Assembly (NCBI RefSeq): GCF_001904615.1
Contig: NZ_MRBY01000001.1
Coordinates: 101,380-133,379, forward strand
Direction of reading: 5' to 3'
DNA: 32,000 bases
Origin: [Limnothrix rosea] IAM M-220
GTDB taxonomy: Bacteria > Cyanobacteriota > Cyanobacteriia > Cyanobacteriales > MRBY01
Shown: positions 16,007 through 24,694 of the stretch, piece after piece
How positions within the stretch are numbered: position 1 is the first letter of the stretch
Layout: every line of letters begins with the position of its first letter
Notes under the pieces: generated by a model
What the model saw: the letters and a program-made list of their open reading frames with translations, nothing else
What the model was told of the DNA's origin: nothing
Databases searched by the model: none
Position numbers and translations under genes: made by a program

Positions 16007-17635
16007 ATGAAACTGTTACTCGTTGATGATGATCCCATTTTTCGCCTTGGGTTTTGTACAGCATTAGCGCAGGAAACAGATTGGGCGATCGCCGCAGAGC
16101 CTTTTGATAATATTTTTGGCCAAACAAATAAACCCACTGCGGATATTATCCTCTGCGAACCCAGTTGGCAGGGGGACGAAAATTGGCTAAGATATCGAGA
16201 ATTGCAGCAGATTTACGCTGATATTCCCGTTGTTTTGTTTACCAGTCAGCTCGACACAGAACGCTTAACCCAAGCTAAGCAGGACGGCATTCAGGGCTAT
16301 TTCCCCAAAGGCACAGCGATCGCCACAATCATCACGACATTGGAGCAAATTGTCGCCGGAGAAATTGTTTGGTCACAACGTCCGCAGATAAAAAAACAAA
16401 ATATTTTGACCAATCTGCGTCGACGAAGTCTCGGAGATATTTACCGCACCCTCGATAACGTTGAACAATATTTAAACCAGAAAGATGTCGCCGCCCTCAA
16501 TCGTCTGGTGGGAGAAGGTCGTCGCCGCGAACTACAAGCCGCGGCATGGGTCATTCGTCAACTTTTACCACAAGCAAGCCTGAGTATTCAGCCCCTTAAC
16601 CCGCCTCAAATAGATCTAGAGCCCTCGGACTCAATGCAAATTGTTCCCCTCGAAAATTTAGGCTTAGCAACAACTAATTCGCGTTGGCAAACATTACTGG
16701 AAAAAGTTTATTTTAAACTCAATCGTAACTTACTAAATGCGACGGGAAATACCCTTGAAACCGATATTTTGTCTATAGATAAAAAGCGTGAACTTTATTA
16801 TATTATTCTGCAACAGCTCACCCAAACCCTAAACGATCCCCAGTGGAAAATAATAGAGATAGAAGCTTTTCAAAAATATCAAGAACGGAGCCTTCGTAGT
16901 ACTTGGCGCTTGAGTACCCAAGAATTCATTAGTCGCTATGCCCCTGACGAAGATAGTCGATCAGAAGACTTTATGAAACTGTTAAATCGTGAGGCGATCG
17001 CCATCCTTGAGACGAATTTGCGTGCTGCCCCCTATACCCTCGAACTTTTTCAATATTTACTATTAGAGAAACCCTTAATCATTGATAATGTTGAATACCG
17101 TCTTGAAGCCCAAGAAGCCATCAGGCGATCGCAACTAATTTTAGAAAACCTGCTAATTCAGCTTAGTAATAGCGTGATGCAATTTTTGCTGAATACCTTT
17201 AGCGAATCCGAGATTTTCAAGCACAACTTATATAACAAAAAAATTCGCTCATCCCGTGAAATTGCCCGCTTTCGCAATGAACTATCGTGGCAATATCGCC
17301 GAGAAAAATATTGGCTGGAGCCGAAGGCAATTTTCGAGAGTCAATACTCTCTACTACAGTTCTCAACGGCAGGATTAGTGCGTACCTCTATCTATGCACC
17401 ACGCCATGAAGACTTAGCAACCCTAGAAGGATTTGCTTGGGGAGTGACGATGATTTTAGAATTGCGGGATGCCCTAGCTCCTAGGGTGCGGGCGCTGGTG
17501 GCTTGGCTGGGGAAAATCGTGGTTTATGTGCTGACAAATGTTGTCGGTCGCGCTTTAGGATTGATTGCCCGTGGTATTGCCGATGGTGTTGGTACAAGCT
17601 GGCAGCAGGTAAAGAAACGATCCCTCTACCGTTAG
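16007..17635 (+). CDS. Receiver-domain protein with a large C-terminal domain of unknown function (DUF3685/Ycf55-like architecture) and a C-terminal hydrophobic segment
   Basis: The receiver has MKLLLVDDDP (acidic pocket), VVLFTS (Thr) and YFPKG (Lys) at CheY-like spacing. Position 51, the phospho-acceptor slot, is Glu (DIILCEPS). I prefer ATG 16007 over the track's GTG 15968. Confidence 0.8.
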   Translation: MKLLLVDDDPIFRLGFCTALAQETDWAIAAEPFDNIFGQTNKPTADIILCEPSWQGDENWLRYRELQQIYADIPVVLFTSQLDTERLTQAKQDGIQGYFPKGTAIATIITTLEQIVAGEIVWSQRPQIKKQNILTNLRRRSLGDIYRTLDNVEQYLNQKDVAALNRLVGEGRRRELQAAAWVIRQLLPQASLSIQPLNPPQIDLEPSDSMQIVPLENLGLATTNSRWQTLLEKVYFKLNRNLLNATGNTLETDILSIDKKRELYYIILQQLTQTLNDPQWKIIEIEAFQKYQERSLRSTWRLSTQEFISRYAPDEDSRSEDFMKLLNREAIAILETNLRAAPYTLELFQYLLLEKPLIIDNVEYRLEAQEAIRRSQLILENLLIQLSNSVMQFLLNTFSESEIFKHNLYNKKIRSSREIARFRNELSWQYRREKYWLEPKAIFESQYSLLQFSTAGLVRTSIYAPRHEDLATLEGFAWGVTMILELRDALAPRVRALVAWLGKIVVYVLTNVVGRALGLIARGIADGVGTSWQQVKKRSLYR

Positions 17636-17685
17636 TCTTTCGCTAGTATTCTGTCATTGAAAGTTGAAAATTTATGACGGAAAAA

Positions 17686-17862
17686 TCACTGGAAAACACT
17701 GGGTGGTGCGACAAAACTGATTTGAATACTAGGTACTTGCATCATCGGCGCAGGCTTCATTTCTCCTCGGAAATCAAGGATTTGGACGAGTAATAGGTAG
17801 GCGATCGCCACCAGTAGGGAGATCGCACCTGTAATAATCGCTGTCAATTTTCCGCGTTCCAT
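17686..17862 (-). CDS. Small single-pass membrane protein, 58 aa (MERGKLTAIITGAISLLVAIAYLLLVQILDFRGEMKPAPMMQVPSIQISFVAPPSVFQ)
   Basis: This ATG-to-TGA ORF falls below the track's cut-off. It has a clear 20-residue hydrophobic helix after a charged N-terminus and sits in an otherwise empty 307-bp spacer. Confidence 0.45.
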   Translation of the reverse strand: MERGKLTAIITGAISLLVAIAYLLLVQILDFRGEMKPAPMMQVPSIQISFVAPPSVFQ

Positions 17863-17942
17863 AGACTTTAACTCTCTTCGATAATGCCCTATGATTGTAG
17901 ATTGGATTGCTTATTATAGAAATTGTTAGGAGTTATTCCGTT

Positions 17943-18179
17943 ATGTCCCGTAAATGCCAGCTTACTGGAAAGAAAGCAAATAACGGTATGGCAGTGTCCC
18001 ACTCCCACCGTCGTACTAAAAAATTACAACAAGTTAACCTCCAGTGGAAAAGAGTATGGTGGCCTGAAGGCAACCGCTTTGTGCGTCTTCGTCTCTCCAC
18101 TAAGGCAATTAAAACGATCGAAAAGAAAGGCATTGATGCAATGGCTAAAGAAGCTGGCATCAACCTCAATAAAGTTTAG
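17943..18179 (+). CDS. rpmB: 50S ribosomal protein L28
   Basis: [40 protein letters not shown] is a typical L28 sequence. AGGAG lies 8 nt upstream of ATG 17943. The track's upstream extension from 17907 is not needed. Confidence 0.95.
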   Translation: MSRKCQLTGKKANNGMAVSHSHRRTKKLQQVNLQWKRVWWPEGNRFVRLRLSTKAIKTIEKKGIDAMAKEAGINLNKV

Positions 18180-18248
18180 GCTTAATTTTCTTGCGACTAG
18201 GTTGAGCAATTTAGACGAAAGGTTAAATACAACTGAATGCTTCAGTTC

Positions 18249-18283
18249 GACTCCTACACCAAGCCGTGGGGGTCTTCTTTTTT
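18249..18283 (+). terminator. Possible rpmB terminator
   Basis: GACTCC pairs with GGGGTC (6 bp, one G-U) and is followed by TTCTTTTTT. A tight hairpin AACTGAA-TGC-TTCAGTT precedes it at 18231..18247. Confidence 0.4.
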
Positions 18284-18413
18284 GCCCAGACAGCTCGAAG
18301 CGAAGTTTGTGGATGGCGGCGATCGCCCTTTTCAGGTCAGGGGTAGTTCCAAATTGCAGCACTCCTAAAATTAAGACAATATCTAAAACTCCGCTTACTC
18401 CAAACATTAAACA

Positions 18414-19742
18414 GTGCCCCAACCTCAGTCTGAACCGCCTAGTTTATTGCTCCAGTTAGTCCGAGGAGCAGGCGTTGCTTTAGTCATTCAGATTGTCAGC
18501 TCAGGGGTCATTTATGGCTCGCAAGTCCTATTAGCACGCTGGATGGGCGCGGCAGAATACGGCATCTATGACTATGTGAATGCGGTGATTATTTCCTTCG
18601 CTTTATTTGCTGGACTTGGCTTGCCCAGCACTGTCTTACGGTTTGTGCCGTCATATCAAGCTCACAAACGTTGGTCATCTTTGAAGGGCATTATTCGCAG
18701 CAGTTGGCTCCAGACTGTGATCATCAGCTTGGTTGTTACGGCGATCGCCTCCGTAATTTGGCTCAGGCTAAATGAGACTAGAAATTTTGAAGAATATGTC
18801 GTGCCAATGAGCATTGGACTGTTAGCGACTCCGATTGTGGCGTTAATTAATCTCCAACGAGAAATCATCCGTGGCTGCCAAAAAATTGCCTTAGCTTATT
18901 TTCCTGAGTTCATTCTTCATCCATTCCTGCTTGCCTGTATTGCTGGGATTTGGCAAATTTCCCACACGCTAACCAGCACCAATGCACTCTGGATTTTTAT
19001 TGTCTCTGGAATCCTAATTGTGTGTGTACAAGGGTTTTGGTTTTTGCAAACTTTAGATAATTCGATTCGCGATGCCCCGCCAAAATACGAGATTAAACAA
19101 TGGTGGGGCGTGGCTTTACCCTTAATGCTGATGGGCGGTTCACAAATTATTCTCAGTCAAACCGATACCCTGATGATTGGCGCTCTTCTCGATGCAAAAC
19201 AGGTAGGGATCTATGGTGCAGCCCTGAAGACATCGGCTTGGGTAAAGTTTATTTTGATGTCCGTCAACTCAATTACCGCTCCGCTCATTGCATCACTCTA
19301 TAGTCAGGGCGATCGCCGAGGATTGCAGGAGCTTGTCTCTACCAATGCTCGCTGGATGTTTTATCCGGCTTTGGTGACGGCGATTGGTCTCGTGAGTTTT
19401 TCAGAACCCGTTTTGCAGTTATTTGGCAGCGAATTTACTGCGGCAAAATGGGCATTGGCGCTTTTGATTGTGGGGCAACTTGTCAATGTTGGCTCTGGCT
19501 CGGTCGGTTATCTCATGACGATGACGGGACATCAAAACCAAGCGGCTAAAGTGATGTTCGTCGCGGCGATCGCCAACGCGATTTTGAATTGGGTGGGCAT
19601 TAAATTTTTCGGGATTCTCGGCGCGGCATTTGCGACGGCTTTTTCCATGAGTCTTTGGAATATTTGGCTTTATCATCTTGTCACCAAACAGATTGGTGTT
19701 TTTCCTTCAATTCTTGATAGCTATCGCACCCCGTCAAAATAA
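18414..19742 (+). CDS. Polysaccharide/oligosaccharide flippase (MOP/Wzx-type polysaccharide biosynthesis protein)
   Basis: About 12 hydrophobic segments run throughout the protein, with a typical N-terminal G-rich helix and the length of Wzx-like exporters. The start is a GTG. Confidence 0.8.
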   Translation: MPQPQSEPPSLLLQLVRGAGVALVIQIVSSGVIYGSQVLLARWMGAAEYGIYDYVNAVIISFALFAGLGLPSTVLRFVPSYQAHKRWSSLKGIIRSSWLQTVIISLVVTAIASVIWLRLNETRNFEEYVVPMSIGLLATPIVALINLQREIIRGCQKIALAYFPEFILHPFLLACIAGIWQISHTLTSTNALWIFIVSGILIVCVQGFWFLQTLDNSIRDAPPKYEIKQWWGVALPLMLMGGSQIILSQTDTLMIGALLDAKQVGIYGAALKTSAWVKFILMSVNSITAPLIASLYSQGDRRGLQELVSTNARWMFYPALVTAIGLVSFSEPVLQLFGSEFTAAKWALALLIVGQLVNVGSGSVGYLMTMTGHQNQAAKVMFVAAIANAILNWVGIKFFGILGAAFATAFSMSLWNIWLYHLVTKQIGVFPSILDSYRTPSK

Positions 19743-19834
19743 AGTCGAAACTAATTGGACTTTGGGAACGAAGCGAGAGGAATTAATGACAGTTCTTTTA
19801 AGATTGGAGCAGTCACTTTTTTGCTCTGATTTCC

Positions 19835-22447
19835 ATGCGCGATCGCCTGTTGCAAGTTGTTAGTTTAGGTCTTGGACTCTTTGCCCTTGGGGTTTATGGT
19901 TGGGCTGTACTAATGCCGGATAACCATAGTTTTATGGTTGGCTTGCCTTGGTTTTATTTGGTGCAAGGCGGATTTTTATGTGGCGTAATCTGGGCGATCG
20001 CCCAGATTTGGGGGCAGCGCCAAGGAGAATCAAAGGGTTTATGGTGGCTGGGTGGCAACCTAGACTGGGTGATTTTTTGTCTCATTGCGACGCTAAGTTT
20101 GTCGTTGGTGACGGCTCCGTTTCGAGAAATGGCGGTGTTGTATAGTGCCGTAGATATTGCCTATATCGGTATTTTGTATGGGCTACATCACTTTTGGCTC
20201 CAGCAGTCTAGGGCAGAAAAAAGCCAGGCGCTACTGACCCATCCGCTACTACTCGCCCAAGGATTATTGTGTGGAGCCTTTAGCATTTGGAGCTTAACGC
20301 TTTGGCTTACAGAGACGGTGTTGCCAGAGCTGGCGCGACTTGACGCTTTAAAGGAGCTGGGGATTGCCGCGGAATATCGATTTTCGAGCGTCACTTTACG
20401 AAACTGGGCAACCTTTGGTCATCCTAATTATGTTGCAGGATTTTTATTATTGGCGCTACCGCTCTTAATCAGTTTGGCGATCGCCGCAAAATCTTGGCAG
20501 CGGTGGTTTTGGGTGGCGTGCTGTAGCCTTAGTTTTATTGCGTTTTATTCGACAAATTCTCGCGGTGGCTGGCTTGGATTATGCGTGTCGTTCGGGGTCA
20601 TGGTTCTGTTGCTACTCTGGAAAAGTACGTTGCCACGGCGTTGGCTTGGTTTGGGCGGCATATCAGGATTGACATTGCTTGTGCTCTGGGCTGTCCAAAA
20701 TGAGCGACTACGGGGCACTTTCACAGGGCTTTTTTCTTTTGGTCAACAGGGGGGCGAATTTGCCTATCGCTGGATCACGACCTACACCGGCTGGCAAATG
20801 GGCTGGGAGCAACCGCTAGCGGGACAGGGATTAGGTTCTGTGGCTTTGCTGTATCAAGAGTTTCGTCCAGTTTGGGCTGGTTTAGAAGCCGAGATTTTAT
20901 TTCAACTCCACAGTACTCCCATACAAATTTGGGCAGAGTTGGGGTTACTGGGCAGTTTCACAATGTTGCTTGGTTTAGGTTTGCTGGCCAAAATGTGGTG
21001 GAAATTATTGCAACCTAAGATTTGGAAGGCGATCGCCGCTGAAGACAAAATTTTGGTTTATGCCATTGGCGCGGCCGGGATTGGCTATGGCGTGATGGCT
21101 TTAACGGATTATCAACTTGATGTGGTGGCGATCGCCAGCTTTTTATTACTCTACATTTCTCTCCTCACGAATTTGCACCACCGTTACGTTAGGCCCGTCG
21201 TCGCCCTCAAGCCCATTTTTCAACCATTATCCCTCGGCCTAATTGGTTTGATACTGGCGGGAATTTTAAGTTGGTCAATACCAATGAATGCAGCCTTTGC
21301 CTCCTCCCACCTTGGATTCAAGTCATTGCGGCAAGAAAAACTAGAAACCTTTGTGGATCAACTCGCCACCGCCCATTCCCTCGCACCTTGGCAGCCTTAC
21401 TATGCCTACCAACTGGGTTGGTCATTGGGGGAACTGGCACTCTGGGATAATCATCCTGCTGATATTCAACGCACGTTACGGGAAGAAGCGATCCTCTGGT
21501 TTCAACGGGCGATCGCCGCCTCACCGAGCTACGAATTTGGGCACAGCAGTTTAGGTTGGCTCACCCTTGTGGACACACCGACTGCTGCCACGGCCTATTT
21601 TAGTCGCGCCATGGAACTCATGCCCTACCATCGTTTAACGCTATTTGGTTTGGGAGAAAGTTGGTTTAAGCGTGGAGAAATTGAGAAAGCAATCGAGGCG
21701 ATCGCCATTGAATTTGTGCGCTTTCCAGAATTTGCGATGAGTCCGCTGTGGCTCAAGGCAGAATGGCTCGACTACTATCCCGCAATATTGGAACGGACTG
21801 ACGAGATTTTCACTGATTTAATCATCGCGACAAAGCCAAAAAATCAAACCCTGCAAACCCAACTCCACCAAAACCGTGGGGCTCTGCGGTGGTATTACAG
21901 CGATGATGCCGGAGCTGCAGAAGACTTTTCGGTCAATAACTTTACATTGGGGCAATTACTGCTCGCCCTAGAAAAAACAACTCCTGAAACTTGGCAACAA
22001 GATTTAACTGCTGAACAAATTAATACCCTACACACAGCGATTAGTGACAATAAAAAATGGGCATTGGCGATCGCCGCGTGGCTCTACCCAGAGGAAGCCG
22101 AACCCTACCTAAAAAAAGCATTCCAACTGAGCGATCTATCCAATCAACCAAAGATACTCAGGGAATCACTACGCCGTTTAAAAAATCAGAAATCCCTGCG
22201 AGCCTGGCTCAGAAACCAAGACTATCTACGTCCAAGTCGGATTCAACGCGTCGGTTTTAACGTCATTTCTCGACACCTCGGCGGCGCTAAACCACGGGAT
22301 TTCGGTGAGTTTTACGACAATATTTTAATGGGTAATTTATTTAATAATCTGTTTGTCACCGTGCGTTATGCTCCGGATTTAGACCTCAATCTTTCACAAT
22401 ATTGGCAACCTTTACTCGAATTACCATCAACCCCAAAACCCCAATAA
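19835..22447 (+). CDS. O-antigen ligase/polymerase-like (Wzy_C) membrane protein fused to a ~400-aa soluble TPR-like C-terminal region (870 aa)
   Basis: The polytopic N-terminal half carries the NSRGGWLGL and HSTPIQIWAELGLLG motifs typical of the O-antigen ligase family. The C-terminal half is hydrophilic and helical-repeat-like (AYQLGW.., WFQRAIAASP, AYFSRAMELMP, GEIEKAIEA). Confidence 0.75.
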   Translation: MRDRLLQVVSLGLGLFALGVYGWAVLMPDNHSFMVGLPWFYLVQGGFLCGVIWAIAQIWGQRQGESKGLWWLGGNLDWVIFCLIATLSLSLVTAPFREMAVLYSAVDIAYIGILYGLHHFWLQQSRAEKSQALLTHPLLLAQGLLCGAFSIWSLTLWLTETVLPELARLDALKELGIAAEYRFSSVTLRNWATFGHPNYVAGFLLLALPLLISLAIAAKSWQRWFWVACCSLSFIAFYSTNSRGGWLGLCVSFGVMVLLLLWKSTLPRRWLGLGGISGLTLLVLWAVQNERLRGTFTGLFSFGQQGGEFAYRWITTYTGWQMGWEQPLAGQGLGSVALLYQEFRPVWAGLEAEILFQLHSTPIQIWAELGLLGSFTMLLGLGLLAKMWWKLLQPKIWKAIAAEDKILVYAIGAAGIGYGVMALTDYQLDVVAIASFLLLYISLLTNLHHRYVRPVVALKPIFQPLSLGLIGLILAGILSWSIPMNAAFASSHLGFKSLRQEKLETFVDQLATAHSLAPWQPYYAYQLGWSLGELALWDNHPADIQRTLREEAILWFQRAIAASPSYEFGHSSLGWLTLVDTPTAATAYFSRAMELMPYHRLTLFGLGESWFKRGEIEKAIEAIAIEFVRFPEFAMSPLWLKAEWLDYYPAILERTDEIFTDLIIATKPKNQTLQTQLHQNRGALRWYYSDDAGAAEDFSVNNFTLGQLLLALEKTTPETWQQDLTAEQINTLHTAISDNKKWALAIAAWLYPEEAEPYLKKAFQLSDLSNQPKILRESLRRLKNQKSLRAWLRNQDYLRPSRIQRVGFNVISRHLGGAKPRDFGEFYDNILMGNLFNNLFVTVRYAPDLDLNLSQYWQPLLELPSTPKPQ

Positions 22448-22449
22448 AA

Positions 22450-22473
22450 ATCCCCCTTATCAGTAAGAGGGAT
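22450..22473. terminator. Hairpin shared by the convergent genes 19835..22447 and sqdB
   Basis: ATCCCCCTTA-TCAG-TAAGAGGGAT forms 10 bp with one mismatch. On the minus strand TTTTATT follows, so it works better as the sqdB terminator. Confidence 0.45.
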
Positions 22474-22517
22474 ACAAAAAAAGATCGACAAATCAAGTTG
22501 AGTTTTGAAGTTTAGAG

Positions 22518-23717
22518 TTAGGACTTGGCGGCGTGGGCAGCAGCACGCTCAGACGTTTGTGTCCATTTAGACGTGCAAAGAATGCGACTGCGATCGCAGC
22601 GGTCTACATACTTACTGGCAATATCCGTCACCTCCAGCATCAAACCCTTATCAAGTTTGGTGGGTTCTAAACCCATATCGAGGAAACACTGATTTTCCAC
22701 ATAAAGATCATTTTCAGAATCTTCATTCCGGGGATTTTCAAGGTACTGAATTTCTGCACCTGTAATGTTATTGATGATTTCCGCTAATTCCTTAACGCGG
22801 TGAGTTTCTGTCATTTGGTTCAGGATTTTGACGCGCTCTCCTTTTTCTGGTGGGTTGGCGATCGCCAGCTCCACACATTTAACAGTGTCTTTAATGTGAA
22901 TAAAGGCGCGAGTTTGGCCACCAGTACCATGCACCGTAAGGGGATAGCCCACTGCCGCTTGCATCAAGAAACGATTGAGTACTGTGCCATAGTCACCATC
23001 ATAGTCAAAACGATTAATGAGCCGCTCATCCATCGCCGTTTCCGGTGTGTTAGTTCCCCAGACAATACCTTGGTGGAGATCTGTGACACGGACTTTATCG
23101 TTTTTGTTGTAATACGCAAAGAACAGTTGATCCTGCGTCTTGGTCATGTGGTAGATGCTACCCGGATTTGCCGGGTGAAGAATTTGCTTTTCAATGACCT
23201 TGCCATCCTCCGTCACCACCTGAATATCAAGGTAGCCTTCGGGGATTTTCATGCCCGCAGTGCCATAACCATACACACCCATGGTGCCGAGGTGGACGAT
23301 ATGAATATCTAGACCAGATTCAACCACTGCACAAAGCACATTGTTTGTGCCATTGAGATTATTATCGACGGTATAACGCTTATGCTTCGCCGATTTCATC
23401 GAGTAGGGAGCCGCCCGCTGCTCAGCGAAGTGAACAATCGCATCTGGTTCGTAATCCAAAAGAAGATTTAGGAGGCGATCGTATTCTTTGGCGATATCAA
23501 AATTCAAAAACTTGATGCGCTTGCCAGTGAGTTCTTGCCACGCTTCAAGGCGCACAGACATTGGCCGGATGGGAGTCAGAGAATCCACTTCCAGCTCATT
23601 ATCGATATTTCGTCTAGAAAGATTATCAACAATAACGACATCGTGACCTGCTTGGGATAGGTGTAACGATGTGGGCCAGCCGCAGAATCCGTCTCCACCC
23701 AGAACAATGATTTTCAT
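22518..23717 (-). CDS. sqdB: UDP-sulfoquinovose synthase
   Basis: Contains MKIIVLGGDGFCGW (Rossmann fold), the YHMTK catalytic YxxxK and GTMGVYGYG. AAGGAG lies 9 nt upstream of ATG 23717. The track's GTG 23726 abuts the RBS and is less likely. Confidence 0.93.
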   Translation of the reverse strand: MKIIVLGGDGFCGWPTSLHLSQAGHDVVIVDNLSRRNIDNELEVDSLTPIRPMSVRLEAWQELTGKRIKFLNFDIAKEYDRLLNLLLDYEPDAIVHFAEQRAAPYSMKSAKHKRYTVDNNLNGTNNVLCAVVESGLDIHIVHLGTMGVYGYGTAGMKIPEGYLDIQVVTEDGKVIEKQILHPANPGSIYHMTKTQDQLFFAYYNKNDKVRVTDLHQGIVWGTNTPETAMDERLINRFDYDGDYGTVLNRFLMQAAVGYPLTVHGTGGQTRAFIHIKDTVKCVELAIANPPEKGERVKILNQMTETHRVKELAEIINNITGAEIQYLENPRNEDSENDLYVENQCFLDMGLEPTKLDKGLMLEVTDIASKYVDRCDRSRILCTSKWTQTSERAAAHAAKS

Positions 23718-24044
23718 TGATTTCACTCCTTCGGTTGCTTGTGAATTTTCTTGTGAATACTGTCAAAATCGCATGCATGGCATCAGCGTTTTTGCGAAAC
23801 TCACTTTAACAAATGCTTCGTACTACTTATACTCTGTGGTGAGTTGGTAGCAAAGTTAGACGCTATCTGTGATTTTCGTGATTTAAATGGGTCAAATGAG
23901 CTTGATGCCCCTTAAACTGCTGAGATTATCCCATATTATGAACGGCTGAGATCGGAGTAAAATAAGTTCTCGAAAGTTGCTGAGAGGCTTACTAAATAAA
24001 GGTTTTTGGGTTAAGAAAACAGTAAGGTGTGGCGATCGCCCCGT

Positions 24045-24635
24045 TTAGGCTTGCTGTAAAACCTGGGCGGCTGTAATTTCGTTTTCTGGTTGTAATTCTT
24101 GAAGTAAAGGTGAGGTCAAAATCTCTGCATCAACAAAAGTGGCTTCGTCGTATAAACCTTCATTTAACGACAAGATGGTGACTTTACTGGTAAGGGGATC
24201 GACAATCCAATATTCACTAATACCCCGCGCTTGATATTGTGCCCGCTTATAACGATAGTCCCGATTAATATTTACTTTGCCCGGCGAAACCACTTCAACT
24301 ACAAGCTTTGGTGGCGGCATATCAGGCATGATTGTCGAACGCGTTGCACCTTCTAGAGCAAGAGCCGCTTCTTCCGATAAAACTGTGAAATCGGGAACTC
24401 GCACGGATTCTTTAGAGCCTGTAACTGCCACTTCAATACCAATACGCAAGCAGTAGGGAGCAATTCCGAGTTTTAGAAAATATGCAAACAAAAAAGACGC
24501 AATGCGCTGATTTTGGTCGCTTTCGGGGGGCATTTCCACTAATTCTCCATTTTCTAGCTCATAGCAAATGTTTTCTTCTGGGTAAAAAGCAAGAAATTCG
24601 GCGAGGGTCATTCCTCGTGAGGCGATCGCCACCAT
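24045..24635 (-). CDS. Uma2-family (DUF820) putative endonuclease
   Basis: Family hallmarks are present: ELENGELVEMPPES, VRVPDFTV, KRAQYQARGISEYWIVDP. Confidence 0.85.
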   Translation of the reverse strand: MVAIASRGMTLAEFLAFYPEENICYELENGELVEMPPESDQNQRIASFLFAYFLKLGIAPYCLRIGIEVAVTGSKESVRVPDFTVLSEEAALALEGATRSTIMPDMPPPKLVVEVVSPGKVNINRDYRYKRAQYQARGISEYWIVDPLTSKVTILSLNEGLYDEATFVDAEILTSPLLQELQPENEITAAQVLQQA

Positions 24636-24694
24636 AATGATTGTCCTCAGATTATTGCAACCTTATTGATTAATTTTGGCATAGTTCCTCAAAC

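Noticed and set aside
18241-18262. tRNA/tmRNA-like T-arm sequence (CAGTTCGACTCCTAC) downstream of rpmB
   Set aside because: No complementary 5' T-stem, acceptor stem or anticodon arm can be drawn. The sequence is better explained as part of the rpmB terminator region.
17923-18459. 178-aa plus-strand ORF and 132-aa minus-strand ORF (18024..18422) overlapping rpmB
   Set aside because: They are out of frame or antisense to the clearly recognisable L28 gene. They run through the terminator hairpins and the HIP1-containing spacer.
22800-23312. 170-aa plus-strand ORF
   Set aside because: It lies entirely antisense to sqdB, which has unmistakable UDP-sulfoquinovose synthase motifs. It has no motifs of its own.
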